Positions 60,560 to 64,000 of a DNA stretch of 64,000 nt are shown here, piece by piece (positions within the stretch are counted from its first letter, which is position 1; each line of letters begins with the position of its first letter). Both the position numbers and the translations under genes were made by a program. A model generated the notes under the pieces. It had not been told where the DNA came from, searched no databases, and was given only the letters and a program-made list of their open reading frames with translations. This stretch comes from Leptospiraceae bacterium (GTDB taxonomy: Bacteria > Spirochaetota > Leptospiria > Leptospirales > Leptonemataceae), in assembly GCA_040217195.1 (NCBI GenBank), contig JAVJNR010000003.1, positions 768,001 to 832,000 on the forward strand. The letters are read 5' to 3'.

Positions 60560-61942
60560 ATGGCGCTCCCAGTTCAGAAGTTAAATGCAAAACTTGAAGG
60601 AGAAATGGAATTCAAGCGGAAGAAATATTCCGTTCCTTTTGCCCTTCCTGGAGATCTGGTTCAGTTCAGATTACTCAGAAAAGGGAGAAAAAGCAAGTTT
60701 CAGGTAGTACATATCGAAAAAGCAGATCAACCTCCCGAAGAGATTATTACAAGTTCGGAGCCTGGATGCCAGCATGCAGGGATTTGCGGCGGTTGCAGAG
60801 CCAGACACCTGGATTACGATTTTCAATGGAGATGGAAATCCGCTCCTATAGTAGAATCCATGCAATCTCAGTACGGTCTGGAGCCAGAACTGCTTTCTGC
60901 GCCGGAGAAAGAGCATTTTCGCAATCGAATGGACTTTGCCGTGGAAGGCACCTCCATTGGACTCAGGCCACCTCAGGACTTCGAAACAGTGCTGGCCCTG
61001 AAGGAATGTCCGGTACTTCGCACTCCGGGCGAGGAACTATTGAACAAAGTGCGCGATCTGCTCGGCCAGTTTCCGGCGGCAGGATGGAATCGATCATCGG
61101 AAACGGGCTGGCTAAAGTATGTAACGCTTAGAATAGGATCCCATTCAGGGGTAATCGTCCTTACCACTTCGGGAGACATGCAGGAAGGCCAGGATTTTCT
61201 GGCAGAACTGAAAATTGCGGTACAGGAACTCAGCGCCAGCCAAAACTATCCGCTCTCCATTGTTGAAACTGTTACAGAGAAAGGCCAGGAGCTATCCTGT
61301 ACACCCGGTGGCATCGCCCTGCACGGAACCCCGGATTACGTCGATGAGCTTCTGGGAATTCCATTTCATGTTCCATACGATTCCTTTTTTCAGCCCAACC
61401 CGGTAGCATTCAGCCGACTATTCCAGAGGATTCTGGAGCTGGCTTCTACAGAACTTGATGCGGCTCTGGTTGCCGATGGGCCCGACACAAAAATTCGAGT
61501 TCTGGATCTTTATTGCGGTGCCGGGGTACTCTCAGCCCTGTTGCTGGAGAAGTGGGCCGGGATCAATAGCGTTCTTGGATATGAATTTGTGCAATCCGCC
61601 GTAGATCAGGCAGGGCAGAGATTTAAGGATTCAAAGGTAGAAGCTAATTTTCACACCCTGGACCTGAACAAGCCGGAGTCCAATGTAGAACTGGATTCCA
61701 CCCTGATCGTTGCCGATCCTCCAAGAGCAGGGCTCTCTCCTCGGCTCTGCAAGCTAATTGCCGAAACCAAGCCAGCCCCGTTCATGCTCTATATTTCGTG
61801 CAATCCGGAAACGCAGCTAAGGGACTTAACTGTACTTGCAGAAAGCTACGAACCCGTGCATGCTGTTCTGGCCGATTGCTTTGCCTATACAGGACATATG
61901 GAGCAGGCTGTATTTTTAAGAAGGAGAGCAGATCCGAAATGA
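60560..61942 (+). CDS. RlmD/TrmA-family RNA m5U methyltransferase
   Basis: FALPGD, CQHAGICGGC Fe-S motif, SFFQPN, LDLYCGAG, DPPRAG, YISCNP and HME motifs. Confidence 0.92.
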   Translation: MALPVQKLNAKLEGEMEFKRKKYSVPFALPGDLVQFRLLRKGRKSKFQVVHIEKADQPPEEIITSSEPGCQHAGICGGCRARHLDYDFQWRWKSAPIVESMQSQYGLEPELLSAPEKEHFRNRMDFAVEGTSIGLRPPQDFETVLALKECPVLRTPGEELLNKVRDLLGQFPAAGWNRSSETGWLKYVTLRIGSHSGVIVLTTSGDMQEGQDFLAELKIAVQELSASQNYPLSIVETVTEKGQELSCTPGGIALHGTPDYVDELLGIPFHVPYDSFFQPNPVAFSRLFQRILELASTELDAALVADGPDTKIRVLDLYCGAGVLSALLLEKWAGINSVLGYEFVQSAVDQAGQRFKDSKVEANFHTLDLNKPESNVELDSTLIVADPPRAGLSPRLCKLIAETKPAPFMLYISCNPETQLRDLTVLAESYEPVHAVLADCFAYTGHMEQAVFLRRRADPK

Positions 61943-61953
61943 TCTGCTAATCT

Positions 61954-64000
61954 ATGCAGGAAAAAACATCACAACCAGCGGGCGAATGGATTTCTCATCT
62001 TTCAGGTAGCGGGGAAACACAATTAACCCGGGCCCTGTTTGAGTCCCTACCGGGCATTTTCTACGTCCTGGACCAGGATGCCAGAGTTCTGGATTTTAAT
62101 TCTAGATTTGCCGCAACCACTGGCTATCGCCCGGAGGAAATGCGCGGACATCATGCTACCTATTTCACGGATCCATCCTACTTTGAACCCATGAAGAAAG
62201 CTATTGTCCGGGCTTTACGTTCTGGAGAAGCCACTTTGCAGGCCCCCATAAAGACGAAGACCGGTGGACTAATTCCATTCTTTCTAACCGGCCGGAAGGT
62301 GGACATTGGTTCAAATTCCTATATCGTGGGGATGGGCATTGATCTTACCAGAGAAATGGATGCGGTCAAGGCTCTGGAAGAAGCTGAGCACAGATATCTA
62401 GGTATCTTTCAGAATTCCACGGACGGATTGTATCTTTTTACCCGGGATGGAATCCTGATCGCTATTAACCCGGCTGCCTGTAGATTTCATGGAGCTGGCC
62501 GGGAAGATTTGATGGATCGCGCGATTCGTGATCTACTGGAACCAGAGAAAGGGCGGCCGGTGGAACTCATTTCCCGGGCTGTCCGAATGGGACGTAAACT
62601 ATCAGGCAACGGTACCGGGATTCGCATAGATGGATCCCATTTCGAAGGAGCTATTTCCGGAGTCCCCATGCAAATGGCCGGACAGAATTTCTACCTGGTA
62701 AGCGTTCGCGATATTAGCGCTCGCATAGCTACCGAGCGACAAATGGAGCGTTTGCAATACGTCGTGGATAATACTACAGACATCATTGCAATCGCCGATG
62801 ACACCGGAAAGCATCTATTCATGAACAAGGCCGGAAGAGAGTTTGTAGGAGCCTCCCAGGACCTGGATCCATCCTTGCTTCAGATTCCGGAGTTTCATTC
62901 GGAAGATGTAACAAAATTCATTCTGGAAGAGGCCATCCCGGCTGCGCGAAAGAATGGGATCTGGAAGGGACGAACCTCTCTGCGAAGCCCGGATGGAAAA
63001 GAAGTTCCCTGCTCTCAGATTATCATATCGCACAGAAAGAACAGTCCGGAAGTATTTAGCACCATTATTAGAGATATTAGTGATCGCGAAAAGATTGTAG
63101 AAGAATTGCAGGCAGCTCGGGAATGGATGGGAATTACTCTGAACTCCATTTCAGAAGGAGTAATATCCGTAGACCGGGACGGACAAATCGAATATATGAA
63201 TCCAGCGGCGCAAAAGCTTACTGGCTGGGATAGCGACCATATTCAGAAACTGGCTCCTCTTTCATCTCTTACAGATCCACTGGAATCGGAGGAAGCCATT
63301 AATAGAGCCAGAAGAAAGGATGGCATTTCGGTTAAAGATGTATTGCGAATTATGGATGAAGAATCCCGGGAATGGCTGGACCTGGCTTCATTACTACCTG
63401 CAGGCGATGGAGCCAGAAGACAGGAAGCAGTATTACTTCGCAAAGATGATACAGAAGTGATTGTGGAAATAACCTCTTCCAGAATGGAAGATCACCGAAA
63501 GCAATGGATTGGAACTACCTACATTTTCAGAAATATTACCCAGCATCGCGAAATCGCCAGGATTCTAGCTCATCAGGCAAATCACGATCCGCTCACAGAG
63601 CTAATAAATCGAAATCGATTCAAAGTATTTCTGGATGATGCGATTCAATCCGCCCGAGCCGGCAAAGGAGTACATGCTTTCGCCTATGTGGATCTGGACC
63701 AGTTCAAAGTAGTAAACGATACAAGCGGACATTCGGCCGGCGATCAGCTGCTCCGACAACTCTCACAGATCATGCGGAAATTAATGCCTGCAGGCGATGT
63801 TCTCGCCAGGCTTGGTGGCGATGAGTTTGGAATTCTGCTGCATGATTCGAACCTGGAAGAATCCATGAAATGCCTGAATGCCATCAAGGATGGAGTTCAG
63901 GAGTTTCGTTTCGTCTGGGAAGATAAGATTTTCACTGTTGGATGTAGCATTGGCGTTGTATTCATCGACGAATTCGCAGAGAATGAAACTCAAATTCTGC
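61954..64000 (+). CDS. multi-PAS diguanylate cyclase (runs off the right edge)
   Basis: Not in the ORF track because it has no stop in the window. ATG 61954 opens MQEKTSQ...LFESLPGIFYVLD (PAS); HDPLTELINR, DLDQFKVVNDTSGH and RLGGDEF lie in the same frame. Confidence 0.9.
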   Translation, partial: MQEKTSQPAGEWISHLSGSGETQLTRALFESLPGIFYVLDQDARVLDFNSRFAATTGYRPEEMRGHHATYFTDPSYFEPMKKAIVRALRSGEATLQAPIKTKTGGLIPFFLTGRKVDIGSNSYIVGMGIDLTREMDAVKALEEAEHRYLGIFQNSTDGLYLFTRDGILIAINPAACRFHGAGREDLMDRAIRDLLEPEKGRPVELISRAVRMGRKLSGNGTGIRIDGSHFEGAISGVPMQMAGQNFYLVSVRDISARIATERQMERLQYVVDNTTDIIAIADDTGKHLFMNKAGREFVGASQDLDPSLLQIPEFHSEDVTKFILEEAIPAARKNGIWKGRTSLRSPDGKEVPCSQIIISHRKNSPEVFSTIIRDISDREKIVEELQAAREWMGITLNSISEGVISVDRDGQIEYMNPAAQKLTGWDSDHIQKLAPLSSLTDPLESEEAINRARRKDGISVKDVLRIMDEESREWLDLASLLPAGDGARRQEAVLLRKDDTEVIVEITSSRMEDHRKQWIGTTYIFRNITQHREIARILAHQANHDPLTELINRNRFKVFLDDAIQSARAGKGVHAFAYVDLDQFKVVNDTSGHSAGDQLLRQLSQIMRKLMPAGDVLARLGGDEFGILLHDSNLEESMKCLNAIKDGVQEFRFVWEDKIFTVGCSIGVVFIDEFAENETQIL

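Overview
A 64-kb, mostly housekeeping bacterial chromosome window of about 50% GC. Gene content and order (hemL-kinase-regulator-hemE, fliS, rplU-prp-rpmA-obgE-proB, many spirochaete-style lipoproteins) suggest a Leptospiraceae-like spirochaete; this is an inference. It contains a partial heme locus with a two-component system, a predicted secreted caspase-family protease, fliS, uppP, an adenylate/guanylate cyclase, a complete SUF Fe-S operon (sufBCD-Rieske ferredoxin-sufSU), paired alpha/beta hydrolases and a queuosine-precursor transporter. It also contains nadD, proA and proB (split by about 9.8 kb), two diguanylate cyclases, a 1522-aa aromatic-repeat exported protein, a degenerate LarC, a PAS hybrid kinase, a DUF4349 operon, gltS and an RlmD/TrmA-like methyltransferase. 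No tRNA, rRNA, CRISPR array or transposase was seen. The most unusual signal is an intergenic array of about 4.7 copies of a 96-bp unit made of short hairpins, with compensatory stem changes and GGA/AGGA-bearing loops (candidate CsrA-sponge RNA or REP-like element). Other oddities: a 37-bp tandem array; a DUF4349 operon holding a fused and a split copy of the same two-domain module; an intact Prp protease beside an L27 that lacks the extension Prp normally removes; two divergent genes sharing a CATG start; and a frameshifted lipoprotein gene. All family calls come from motif recognition by eye, not database searches.
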